NCBI GenBank assembly: GCA_036229005.1
Contig: JAZAMN010000046.1
Span: 1-34,859 of the forward strand
Reading direction: 5' to 3'
From: Myxococcota bacterium
GTDB lineage: Bacteria; Myxococcota_A; UBA796; CAJQPC01
Length of the DNA stretch: 34,859 nt
This document shows positions 17,250 to 25,871 of this stretch, piece after piece (position 1 is the stretch's first letter; each line of letters opens with the position of its first letter). The notes below the pieces were generated by a model. That model was not told the DNA's origin and did not search any database. It saw only the letters and a list, made by a program, of their open reading frames with translations. Made by a program: the position numbers and the translations under genes.

Positions 17250-17272
17250 GCCCTCCGGCGCCAGGGCGGGAT

Positions 17273-18187
17273 TCAGGGCGCCGTCGACCAGGCCTCCACC
17301 CGCGGCATCGAGCACGCGGTCTGCGTGCAGATCTGCAGCGCCAGCTCCCCGCTCAGTGGCGGAGCCATCGGGATCTCCAGCCTCTGGGTCCCCGTCAGCA
17401 CCCACGCGCTGCCCAGAGCCTCCAGGGACTTCTCCTCGCCCGGCGGGATGGGGACCACCAGCTCCGGGTGGCCTGCCACGCTGACCTCCAGCGGGCGCCC
17501 GATCTCCTCGCGGGTGCCGTAGACGTGGAACCCGGGTGCGAGCTCCAGCACCAGGGTCACGGTGTCGCTCCCGGCCTCGACCAGAAGGCGCGTCGCGCTG
17601 TCCCAGTCGGGAGCGCTGTTGCTGTCGGGGCTGGTGTCCTCGCGGGTGTCCTCGCTGGGGGGCGGGAGCCCCAGGGAGTCCCAGTCACCCAGGAGATCAG
17701 AGGGTGAGACCCGCTGGGTGAAGTTCACGTGGGTCCGCTCAAAGACCAGCCGACCCTGGGGATCGACCACCAGGGTGGTGGGGTGGGGGAGCTCGGGCTT
17801 GTCCCGCCGGGAGATGCCCCACTGCGCCCAGAGCGCCGGGTCCACGGAGCGGATGTCGCCCTCCAGCCCGTGGGTCTGCTTGGCCGCGGCGATCACCTCC
17901 GGGGGCTCGCTCGTCAGGTAGATGAGCGTTCCACCGGCGGCCTCCAGGGCCTCTTCGTGCTGCATCCAGTCACGCACCTGCGCGACACAGTAGGGTCACC
18001 AGTCGGGGGAGCGCAGCAGCTCCAGCACCACCACGCGGCCGTGGGGATCCGGCAGGGTCACCGGCTCGGTGGCGGTGGGCACGCTCTGGAGGACGGCGCC
18101 CAGCTCCAGAGGCTCGGCCTGGACCGGCGCCGATGCGCTCGGCGGCTGGCTGGCGATGCAGCCCATCAGGGTCATCAAGGTCGTCAT
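17273..18187 (-). CDS. Selenoprotein: AhpC/TSA (Prx-like thioredoxin fold, UxxC) fused to a DsbD N-terminal-like domain; Sec at TGA 17996-17998
   Basis: ORFs 17996..18187 and 17273..17977 share a frame and read LRSPDW-[TGA]-PYCVAQV across the stop. LPHPTTLVVD is the cis-Pro region. PGFHVY and QICTQTACSMP are DsbD-alpha motifs. Confidence 0.85.
17969..17986 (-). promoter_or_regulatory. Bacterial SECIS-like hairpin
   Basis: mRNA reads UGA-CCCUACUGU-GUCGCGC-AGGU-GCGUGAC: a 7-bp stem with a G-containing loop starting 16 nt after the UGA. Confidence 0.7.
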
Positions 18188-18219
18188 GGGCCAGAGGATG
18201 ACTCTGGGCCCCGCCGGTT

Positions 18220-19146
18220 TCAGACCCCACCGCTCAGGCAGCGCAGCCCCCGAGACTCCAGCACCCTCTGGGCATCAGCGAGGTGCGGCTGGGTCGAGAA
18301 GACCGCCACCGCCGAGCGCTCACCGCCCGCGCCCATGAACTTGGCGCCCAGGGCACCCAGGCCGCGGAGCTCGGCGATCAGCCCGCCCAGGCGGGGGGCC
18401 TGCAGGGCGGGCAGATCCAGGCTGTCGTAAGCCGCCTGCGCCCGATCCAGCTTCTGCCCCAGCGCGGCCCAGTCCTGACGGTCCAGATCCTGGGCGCCTT
18501 GCTCAGCGGTTTCACCCCAGGTGCGCAGGGCGGCCTGCACGGCGGGCTGATCCCGGGCGGCGTTCAGGGCCTCCAGGATGGGGGCGGCGGGGACGGGATC
18601 GGGGAGCAGCACGACCAGGGTGGGGGGCGCCTTGCCCAGGGCCTTGCGCTGCTGGTCGGGCCAGCGGATCCGCTGCGGCTGGTCGAAGGCGCAGGCCAGG
18701 GGATCCAGGGGGCCGCAGGGCACGCCCAGGTCCTGACTCTCGGCCTCCAGGGCCCACGCGGCCGCCTGCACCCGGTCCAGCATGACGCCGGCGTGGGCAC
18801 CCAGGGCGCGCAGGGAGGCCACAAGCAGGGCGGCGCTGGAGCCCAGGCCCCGGCCCATGGGGATCTCCGAGCGAACAACCACGCGGGAGGGCGGCAGTTT
18901 CACGCCGTGGCGGGCCAGGGTGCGCGCCGCAGCGACCACGTAGCGGTTGGGGTCGGAGTCCAGGCAGCGGCCCGTCGCGTCGACGCGGGTCACGCCCAGC
19001 TCCGAGTGGATCACCAGGCCCCAGTCCGCAGCGCGGACCTGGACCTCCAGGCGGTTGGCGAGGGGGAGCACCAGGGAGGCGCCCTGTCCGGCCCAGTCGC
19101 AGTGCTCGCCCAGCAGGCAAGCGCGGGCGTGTGCGCTTCGAAGCAT
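18220..19146 (-). CDS. GHMP-family kinase (galactokinase/mevalonate kinase-like)
   Basis: LLGEHCDW, PMGRGLGSSAA ATP-binding motif, CGPLD and GAKFMGAGG. Confidence 0.85.
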   Translation of the reverse strand: MLRSAHARACLLGEHCDWAGQGASLVLPLANRLEVQVRAADWGLVIHSELGVTRVDATGRCLDSDPNRYVVAAARTLARHGVKLPPSRVVVRSEIPMGRGLGSSAALLVASLRALGAHAGVMLDRVQAAAWALEAESQDLGVPCGPLDPLACAFDQPQRIRWPDQQRKALGKAPPTLVVLLPDPVPAAPILEALNAARDQPAVQAALRTWGETAEQGAQDLDRQDWAALGQKLDRAQAAYDSLDLPALQAPRLGGLIAELRGLGALGAKFMGAGGERSAVAVFSTQPHLADAQRVLESRGLRCLSGGV

Positions 19147-19181
19147 GGGGAATCATAGCCGGCCCGCGTGGGGCGTGGTCC

Positions 19182-20051
19182 TCAGAGGGCGCAGTCGCCC
19201 TCGGCGCCGCTGGGCTCGAACCACTCCGAGGGCTCGCCGGCGCTCCAGACGGTGGCGCCGTTGGCCGACCAGCACTGCGTCAGGGTGGCCTCGTCGATGG
19301 GGAGATCCCCGCCGGAGATGGAGAGGGCCCCGCGGCCCTGGCCTGTGTGGAGCCAGGTGGACTCCAGGCCGAGATCCTCTTCGACCCCCTGCCCGGACTC
19401 GGCGTCCACGTCCTCCTGGAGCGCGGCGCTCAGCCAGCCGGAGCCGTCCGCGCGCTGCTCCACCTCCAGCAGGAAGGCAGCCTCCATCTCCAGGCTCAGG
19501 GTGCCGTCGGCCCCGTGCTGGTAGCGCAGCAGCATGTCCTGGGCGCCGTGGTCGGGGATCACCGTGTCCAGGGCGGCGGCGTCCCAGAACATGGTCCCGT
19601 CGGCCAGGGGCGCGTCGGGCTCGGTGGAGAGAGCCGCGCCGCCCTCGAAGAACTCGACCCAGGGGCCGTCCGAGGTGCTGCCGGCCTGGAAGGTGTAGAG
19701 GTAGTTCTCCCGGTCCGAGGTGCGCGTCATCTCCACCCGCAGGAAGCTGCCGGGGTTGTCGTCCCAGGCGCCCGGTCCCCAGACCCGGTGGTGCTCGCCG
19801 CGCTCGCTGGGGGGCACCGCGGAGATGGTGTTGGTCAGCGAGAGCACGAACGCGGTCTGGGCGGCCCCGGTGTTGAGGCTGTCCAGGCTCATCAGCAGCA
19901 GCTCGGCGCGGGGATCGGCGTCCACCGTGTCCACCGGCCAGGCCAGCTCCAGCAGGGTGGGGTCGGGCAGCGCGGACAGGAAGAGCGCGTCCTCGACGAA
20001 GGGGTCGTTGGACAGGGTGCCCGTGCAGGAGAGCAGCAGTAGGAGGCTCAA
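19182..20051 (-). CDS. Hypothetical lipoprotein
   Basis: TTG start overlapping the caspase stop (TTGA); N-terminus MSLLLLLSC; acidic, beta-rich body with a terminal Cys pair. The part of the track ORF upstream of 20051 is shadow sequence. Confidence 0.7.
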   Translation of the reverse strand: MSLLLLLSCTGTLSNDPFVEDALFLSALPDPTLLELAWPVDTVDADPRAELLLMSLDSLNTGAAQTAFVLSLTNTISAVPPSERGEHHRVWGPGAWDDNPGSFLRVEMTRTSDRENYLYTFQAGSTSDGPWVEFFEGGAALSTEPDAPLADGTMFWDAAALDTVIPDHGAQDMLLRYQHGADGTLSLEMEAAFLLEVEQRADGSGWLSAALQEDVDAESGQGVEEDLGLESTWLHTGQGRGALSISGGDLPIDEATLTQCWSANGATVWSAGEPSEWFEPSGAEGDCAL

Positions 20052-21688
20052 AAGCGCAGCCCCAACGCCAGGTTCCACTGTCGGGTCGCGAAGGCGTTCT
20101 GGTCGGCCGACACCGCGTAGCCCACCACCGAGGAGGTGCGGGAGAGGTCCAGCAGCAGGCTCATTCCGTGCTCCTTGCGAGGCACCAGGGAGGTCTGCAG
20201 GTAGCCGGTCCAGCCGCCGGCCGGGGCCAACGCGCTCTGGGGCTCGAGCTGCCCGTCGGGGAAGCTGCGGTCCAGGTAGAGGCCGCCGAAGCGCGCCCCC
20301 ACGCCGGCCTGGTAGCCGATGCGTCGCCCGAAGCCGCCCAGGTAGCCGGGCCAAGGGAAGAGCTCGCGGCTGGCCCAGCCCACGGAGAGCCCGGCGGTGG
20401 AGTAGGAGGCCCGGACCTGCACCGGCATGTCGGCCACCGGGGTCACGCTGCGCAGCGCGGAGCCGCCCGAGACGTCCAGGCCCCACCACGAGCGGGCGGT
20501 GCCTTTGCGGGTCATCCGGTAGGACACGCCGACGCTGCCGGTGGGGGGGAAGAGCTCGCCGCGCAGGGCGTCGTTTGCCAGGTAGTGACTGCCCACGTGG
20601 AGCAGCACGGCGTTGTCGGGCCCGCGCTCCCGGCGGATCTCCAGCTCCACGGCGCCCTTGGCCTGATCCTTGTCGTAGGAGACCGGCTCGAAGGTGGCCT
20701 GGGACAGGTCCACCACCTGGCCCTCCTTCACGCGCACCTCGGCGACCTGGAGGTGGGTGGGGTAGCGCACCTGCACCAGGTAGCGGCCGGGCTGCACAGC
20801 CATGCGTCGGTCGCGGCCGTCCAAGGCCACCTCGCCCAGGAAGCTGCGGCGCTCCACATCGAAGATCGCGAAGTTCCCCTGCATGTCCGCGCTGAACAGC
20901 AGGGCGGAGCTCGTGGGGGTCAGGTCCACCAGCACCACGTCGCCCTGGCCGGACAGGTCCCACTCGTAGGTGGGGTGCTGGGCCCCCAGCGCCGACTGGG
21001 AGGTGCGCACGACCGTCTCGTAGAAGATGTAGTCGTAGGCCTCGCCCAGGGACACCCGCGCATCCCCGTTCTCGTCGGCGAAGCCCGCCATCCCGGAGAC
21101 CAGGTAGTGGGTGAAGTAGGAGCCCGCGATCTCGTCGCTCTCCTGGCTGGCCTCGTCGCTGGCCGAGCTGGTGATGATCACCGTGCCCTCGGCCCCCAGG
21201 CGCTCGCTCACGTCGTGCACAAAGCCCGGCTGCCGCGTCCCGCCCTTGCGCCGCGTGGCCCCGCCCGACTGGCAGGCGTCAATGAAGGCCATGCGCACGT
21301 CCGCCCCGCTGCGGTCCAGCAGCGCCTCCAGCTCCTCGTAGGACACCCGCGTGTTGCGCAGCATCAGCCCCTGCTCGTCGGCGTGCCCGGAGTAGAAGAA
21401 GAAGAGCACGACCTCGTCCCCCTCGTCCGCGGCCTGCTCCATGGCCAGCTTGAGGTCGCCGAAGCTCTGCAGGAAGTCCCGGCGCTCGCCCCCGATCACC
21501 GAGAGCACGTCCTCCTCCGCGTACCCGGCCAGCCCCGTCAGCACGGAGTGCACCTTCCGGGCGTCGTCGTCGGCGAAGTACAGCGGCTCGGTGCCCGGAC
21601 CGCCCTGGTTGTTGGCGACCAGCAGGGCGAAGTTGTGCACCTCGGCCAGCGCCGGCGCGCTCAGCAGTGGGAGCAGCAGGGAGAGCAT
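20048..21688 (-). CDS. Exported caspase-like protease (peptidase C14) with a probable C-terminal outer-membrane beta-barrel
   Basis: Signal peptide ending ALA; catalytic His in FYSGH and Cys in DACQSG; EASQES, GSYFTHYL and QHP; amphipathic beta-strands ending WNLALGLRF. Confidence 0.85.
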   Translation of the reverse strand: MLSLLLPLLSAPALAEVHNFALLVANNQGGPGTEPLYFADDDARKVHSVLTGLAGYAEEDVLSVIGGERRDFLQSFGDLKLAMEQAADEGDEVVLFFFYSGHADEQGLMLRNTRVSYEELEALLDRSGADVRMAFIDACQSGGATRRKGGTRQPGFVHDVSERLGAEGTVIITSSASDEASQESDEIAGSYFTHYLVSGMAGFADENGDARVSLGEAYDYIFYETVVRTSQSALGAQHPTYEWDLSGQGDVVLVDLTPTSSALLFSADMQGNFAIFDVERRSFLGEVALDGRDRRMAVQPGRYLVQVRYPTHLQVAEVRVKEGQVVDLSQATFEPVSYDKDQAKGAVELEIRRERGPDNAVLLHVGSHYLANDALRGELFPPTGSVGVSYRMTRKGTARSWWGLDVSGGSALRSVTPVADMPVQVRASYSTAGLSVGWASRELFPWPGYLGGFGRRIGYQAGVGARFGGLYLDRSFPDGQLEPQSALAPAGGWTGYLQTSLVPRKEHGMSLLLDLSRTSSVVGYAVSADQNAFATRQWNLALGLRF

Positions 21689-22450
21689 TCAGCGCACCTT
21701 CTCGATCCGAAGGGTGTCCACGCCCGACAGGGTACCCAGCGCCTGCACGGCCTCGTGTCCGCCCTCCGCGTAGGCGTCCTCGACCAGCTCCAGGGCCTCC
21801 CCGACGGAGCCCGCCCCGAACACCGCCACGAACACCTCGGGGCCGGGGGCGTCATCCAGCTCCAGGGAGCCCGAGAGGAGCTGCAGCCCGTTGTCCCGCG
21901 CGATGCTCAGAGGCACATCGCCCGTCTCTGGCCAGTACTGCGCGCTCTGTCCGGTCCCGTCCACGCCCACCAGCACGATGCTCTGCTGCAGCGGCGCCCG
22001 GTAGGTGAACTGGATGCGGTCCCCCGGCTTGAGCACCTGGCCCTCGCTCCCGCTGGCGAAGCCCTCCGGCCCGTCCACCAGGAAGCGCAGCTCGACGTCC
22101 CCCTTGACCCCCGTGTAGGTCGCCTCCGGGGTCTGGTAGAGGGCGGGGAGCCCGATCAGGGCCACTGCAAAGGCCAGGGCCAACCCCCAGGACTGCCACC
22201 TGCGCCACCACGGCTCTGCGCTCGCGTCCATCGGCGAGGACAGGCTGTCCGGCTCCGCGCTGTCCTCCTGGATCTGCGCCGCGCGGCTGCTCAGGATCTC
22301 CCAGTCAAAGGCGGGGAGCCCCTGGGCGGTCTCCACCTGCGCCTGGAAGTCGGACAGCTCCGGGGCGGTCTCGGGCAGCTCGCCGGTGAGCTGGCGGCCC
22401 AGCTCCAGGCGGCTGGGGCGGCTTCCGTCGTTCACATCGAGCAGGGTCAT
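21689..22450 (-). CDS. Putative anti-sigma factor, single TM with a DUF4384-like periplasmic domain
   Basis: ATGA coupling to the sigma gene; one TM; GVKG...LKPGDRIQF...GVDGTG...LELDDAPGPE pattern. Confidence 0.7.
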   Translation of the reverse strand: MTLLDVNDGSRPSRLELGRQLTGELPETAPELSDFQAQVETAQGLPAFDWEILSSRAAQIQEDSAEPDSLSSPMDASAEPWWRRWQSWGLALAFAVALIGLPALYQTPEATYTGVKGDVELRFLVDGPEGFASGSEGQVLKPGDRIQFTYRAPLQQSIVLVGVDGTGQSAQYWPETGDVPLSIARDNGLQLLSGSLELDDAPGPEVFVAVFGAGSVGEALELVEDAYAEGGHEAVQALGTLSGVDTLRIEKVR

Positions 22451-23001
22451 GGCAGCACCAGCAGCAAGAGGATCAGGCCGGCAGCGGCGGCCAGGGGGAT
22501 GGCGCCCGACTCGACGTGCTGCCGGGCGCGCTCCTGGAAGGCCCGCAGGCGCTTCCGGAGGGTGGGGACCGAGATGCCGACCAGCTTGGCCGTGGCCTCC
22601 TTGGTCATCTCGTCGAAGTAGAGGTGGACCACGATCGCCTGGGTCTCCGGGTCCTCGCGCTCCAGCAGGGCCCGCACGGTGTCCGAGCGCTCCCAGGTGG
22701 TGGCCTCGGGCTTGGTGTGGCCCTCGCCCACGATCATGTCCCGGTGCTGCTCGCGCTTGTCCGCGCGCCCCCTGCGGTTGCGCAGGCGGTTCAAGCACAG
22801 GTTGGTGGAGATCCGGTACATCCAGGTCAGCGGGCTCGAGGCCCCCTGGAAGCTGTCCCAGCCCACGATGACCTTGGCGAAGGTGTCCTGCACGGCATCG
22901 CCGGCGTCCTCGGGGTTCTTGAGGATGCTCAGGCAGCGCGCGTACAGCACCTGGCCGTAGCGGTCGTAGAGCATCTGGATGTCGGCTTGGCTCGCAGGCA
23001 A
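22447..23001 (-). CDS. ECF RNA polymerase sigma factor with a hydrophobic C-terminal tail
   Basis: Region 2 (DAGDAVQDTF, TWMYRISTNLCLN) and region 4 HTH (MTKEATAKLVGISVPTLRKRL). TTG start follows GGAGG. Confidence 0.9.
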   Translation of the reverse strand: MPASQADIQMLYDRYGQVLYARCLSILKNPEDAGDAVQDTFAKVIVGWDSFQGASSPLTWMYRISTNLCLNRLRNRRGRADKREQHRDMIVGEGHTKPEATTWERSDTVRALLEREDPETQAIVVHLYFDEMTKEATAKLVGISVPTLRKRLRAFQERARQHVESGAIPLAAAAGLILLLLVLP

Positions 23002-23102
23002 GGGGGGGCCTCCGGTGTTTGGACCCGCCAGAGGCCCCGCGCAGAAAACTGCGGATCCATTTTCCCCGAAGCGCCCATTAGATTGGGGGCATCGAGGTCC
23101 CC

Positions 23103-23741
23103 ATGCTGCTGCTCCTGCTCGCCTGTGCCCCCACGCAGATCCCCGCCGCGCGCGCCCTGGCCACCGGCCAGCCCGACCACATCCTGGGCGACGCCGAGGG
23201 CCTGACCCTGGCCTGGCGCGCCGAGCGCACCAAGCCCGCCCAGCTCCCTTGGAGCAGCCTGACGGATCTGGAGCTGCGGCACCTGCAGGACGGCGATCAG
23301 CTCTGGGTCCGGGTGGAGGGCCGGGAGCTGCAGCTCATGGGCCGGCGCGGGGGCCGCCTGGACATGGAGGCCGCGATGATCGGCGCCTGGGGCCCCCTGA
23401 CCCCGCAGGCGGTGGGCGAGAGCCCCTACACCCTGCAGCCCTGGATGCAGGTGGGGGGGCCTCTGGGCCTGGAGGAGAGCGTGCTCAGCGAGGTCCCCGC
23501 CGAGGTCCAGGCGCTGCTGGACGGCTGCGTGAGCAAGCGGCGGGAGCGCAACCCGCAGCTCCTGGGGGCGCTGGGGCTGCGCGTGCATGGAAATGCAGAG
23601 GGCGTCCAGTGGGCGGCGGTGCAGGCGGACACGGCCCAGGACCCGATGCTCAACGACTGCCTGCTGCGGGGCTTGCAGCGTCAAGAGCTGGCTGGGGGGC
23701 ACAAGCTGACCCTGCGCATCGAGGGGGAGCAAGGGGGCTGA
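23103..23741 (+). CDS. Hypothetical lipoprotein with an AgmX/PglI-like (TonB-C-like) C-terminal domain
   Basis: N-terminus MLLLLLAC; C...RNPQLLG...DPMLNDCL pattern. Confidence 0.55.
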   Translation: MLLLLLACAPTQIPAARALATGQPDHILGDAEGLTLAWRAERTKPAQLPWSSLTDLELRHLQDGDQLWVRVEGRELQLMGRRGGRLDMEAAMIGAWGPLTPQAVGESPYTLQPWMQVGGPLGLEESVLSEVPAEVQALLDGCVSKRRERNPQLLGALGLRVHGNAEGVQWAAVQADTAQDPMLNDCLLRGLQRQELAGGHKLTLRIEGEQGG

Positions 23742-23816
23742 TCCAGGCCCGGTTTTCCTCGCTTGGGCTTGCATGGTCATGCAGGGTGAGGCATAAAGAT
23801 GCATCCGAGGTGGACC

Positions 23817-24269
23817 ATGGTCGCGCTGCGCAAGCCAACCCTCTCCGATCTCCCGTCGATGGAGGCCCTGATGGCGCCTCATGTCGCGAGCGAGGCCCTG
23901 CTGCCCCGCACGCGCCTGGAGCTGGTCCGGCACCTGCGGGACTTCACCGTGGCCGAGGAGGACGGGCACCTGGTCGGGCTGGCCAGCGTGAGCTTGGTGG
24001 ACCTGCACCTGGCCGAGGTGGGCGCCGTGGTCTGCGAGCAGCCCCAGCACATGGCGGAGCTGTTGGAGGCGGTGCTCTCGGAGGCGCGCCAGATGGGGGT
24101 GGATCGCGCCTTCATCCTGGCCCCGGATCCCAGCCGCTACGCCGCCTTTGGCTTTGAGCCCACGCAGCTCTCCGCCCTGCCCGAGAAGCGCGACCGCCAG
24201 TGCCTGCGCTGCCCTCGGATGGCCCGCTGCAAGCAGGTGCCCTTGGTGCGCTCCCTGGCCGAGGGCTGA
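23817..24269 (+). CDS. GNAT N-acetyltransferase, short ArgA (N-acetylglutamate synthase)-like
   Basis: LLPRT, LAEV, FGF and C-terminal LPEK...CLRCPRMARC. ATG 23817 follows GAGGTGG. Confidence 0.7.
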   Translation: MVALRKPTLSDLPSMEALMAPHVASEALLPRTRLELVRHLRDFTVAEEDGHLVGLASVSLVDLHLAEVGAVVCEQPQHMAELLEAVLSEARQMGVDRAFILAPDPSRYAAFGFEPTQLSALPEKRDRQCLRCPRMARCKQVPLVRSLAEG

Positions 24270-24281
24270 TAGGGGGAGGGC

Positions 24282-25871
24282 ATGCAGCCCAGCGCCCTGA
24301 CCTCCCACCTCCGCGGCATCCTCGAACACCAGGGCCAAGGCCTGGTCGATCGGGAGCAGACGCTCGCCCTGAGCCTGCTGGCCGCGCTCGCGGGCCACAA
24401 CGTGCTGCTGCTGGGGCCCCCCGGGACGGCCAAGAGCCTGCTGGCCCGGCGCCTTTCGGGAGCCTTCGCGGACGCGACGCGCTTTGAGTACCTGCTCACG
24501 CGCTTCACCACGCCGGACGAGCTCTTTGGGCCGGTGTCGCTGCGCGCCCTCAAGGAGCGCGACGCCCTGGAGCGCAACACCCAGGGCTACCTGCCGGCGG
24601 CGCAGGTGGTGTTCCTGGACGAGATCTTCAAGGCCGGCTCGGCGATCCTCAACGCCCTGCTGACCCTGCTCAACGAGCGGATCTTCTTCAACGGCGGCAA
24701 GGCCGAGCCCGCGCAGCTCCTGGTCTTGGTGGCCGCCAGCAACGAGGTGCCCCAGGGCGGCGAGCTCCAGGCCCTCTACGACCGCTTCCCCCTGCGCCTG
24801 CTGGTCGAGCCCGTGCGGGGAGAGGCCGCGTTCGAGGCTCTGCTCACCGCCTCCACCGAGCCCGCGCCTCTGCCCGTCGGGAGCCGCCTGCGGGTGGCCG
24901 ATCTGCAGGTCCTGCGCGACGCCCGCGACCAGGTCGGGCTGTCCGCTGGGGCCTTCGCCGTGCTGTCTCGGCTGCGGGAGCGCCTGGGGGAGGGGAGTCC
25001 GGCCGACTGGGAGCGCCGCTATGTCTCCGACCGGCGCTGGCGGCAGATCCTGGCGCTGCTCAAGACCTCGGCCGGGGCCCACGGCGCGCACGAGGTGCAG
25101 GAGGCCGACTGCGGGCTGCTGCGGCACATGCTCTGGAATGACCCCCAGGACGCCGCCGCGATCGGGGAGCTGGTCGACAGCGTGCTCCAGGAGCGGGGGA
25201 TGGACGCCGACCTGGACGCGGGCCCCGTGGGGGTGCGGTGGAAGCAGCTCCTGGGCCAGCTCGCGCTGCACGACTCGGCCCTGGCGCCCCGGGTGCAGGC
25301 CTGGGTGCTCCGGGTGGGGGACCGCGAGCGCCGCTACAGCCCCCAGGAGCTCAGCGCCGCCCAGCAGAACCCCTGGGATCACGTCCTGCGCAGCGAGGGC
25401 CTGTACTGGGACGGGCAGGCCTTCAAGCAGCTCCAGCGCTCGGGCAAGCGGGGCTGGGTCCTGGGTGACTGGGCCTGCTCCAGCCAGGAGATCTGGGACA
25501 AGGTGCTGGGCCACCAGGAGCCGGTGTTCGACGAGACCGTGCGCACCGAGCTGGTCCCCGAGCTGGGCGAGGGCGCCGTGGTGGATCTGAGCCAGATCCC
25601 CGGACCCACCCGCACCCGCTGGCTGGGGGAGCTGGGGGTGATCCACGGCACCCTGGAGGCCCAGGAGCAGCAGCGCCGCGCGCGCCTGAACGCGCTGGAG
25701 GCCCAGCTCGACGAGCACCTGTTCTTGCGACAGGACGACGTGGCCGGCTTGCGCCTGGGGCTGGAGCGCGCGGGGGTGGAGATCGAGACATGGCGCGAGC
25801 GCCTGGCCGAGCTGGAGCAGGCGCTGATGGAGGGTGGCCGCTGGGTCACCTCGGCCCTGCCTGACACATGA
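24282..25871 (+). CDS. MoxR-family AAA+ ATPase, RavA-like
   Basis: Walker A GPPGTAKS; YLLTRFTTPDELFGP; Walker B FLDEIFKA; ASNE; ALYDRF; VSDRRW. Confidence 0.9.
   Translation: MQPSALTSHLRGILEHQGQGLVDREQTLALSLLAALAGHNVLLLGPPGTAKSLLARRLSGAFADATRFEYLLTRFTTPDELFGPVSLRALKERDALERNTQGYLPAAQVVFLDEIFKAGSAILNALLTLLNERIFFNGGKAEPAQLLVLVAASNEVPQGGELQALYDRFPLRLLVEPVRGEAAFEALLTASTEPAPLPVGSRLRVADLQVLRDARDQVGLSAGAFAVLSRLRERLGEGSPADWERRYVSDRRWRQILALLKTSAGAHGAHEVQEADCGLLRHMLWNDPQDAAAIGELVDSVLQERGMDADLDAGPVGVRWKQLLGQLALHDSALAPRVQAWVLRVGDRERRYSPQELSAAQQNPWDHVLRSEGLYWDGQAFKQLQRSGKRGWVLGDWACSSQEIWDKVLGHQEPVFDETVRTELVPELGEGAVVDLSQIPGPTRTRWLGELGVIHGTLEAQEQQRRARLNALEAQLDEHLFLRQDDVAGLRLGLERAGVEIETWRERLAELEQALMEGGRWVTSALPDT

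Noticed and set aside
17996..17998. Nonsense mutation (pseudogene) reading of the split thioredoxin-fold gene
   Set aside because: The stop is TGA exactly at the catalytic Cys position, is followed by a SECIS-like hairpin, and both halves are otherwise intact. Sec recoding is the simpler explanation.
22929..25718. 929-aa minus-strand ORF, and similar long ORFs at 20168-22621(+), 30965-33391(+), 690-2189(+), 3158-4702(+), 5841-7304(+), 12270-13892(-) and 25379-27388(-)
   Set aside because: Antisense shadows of well-supported genes in high-GC DNA, with no recognisable motifs.
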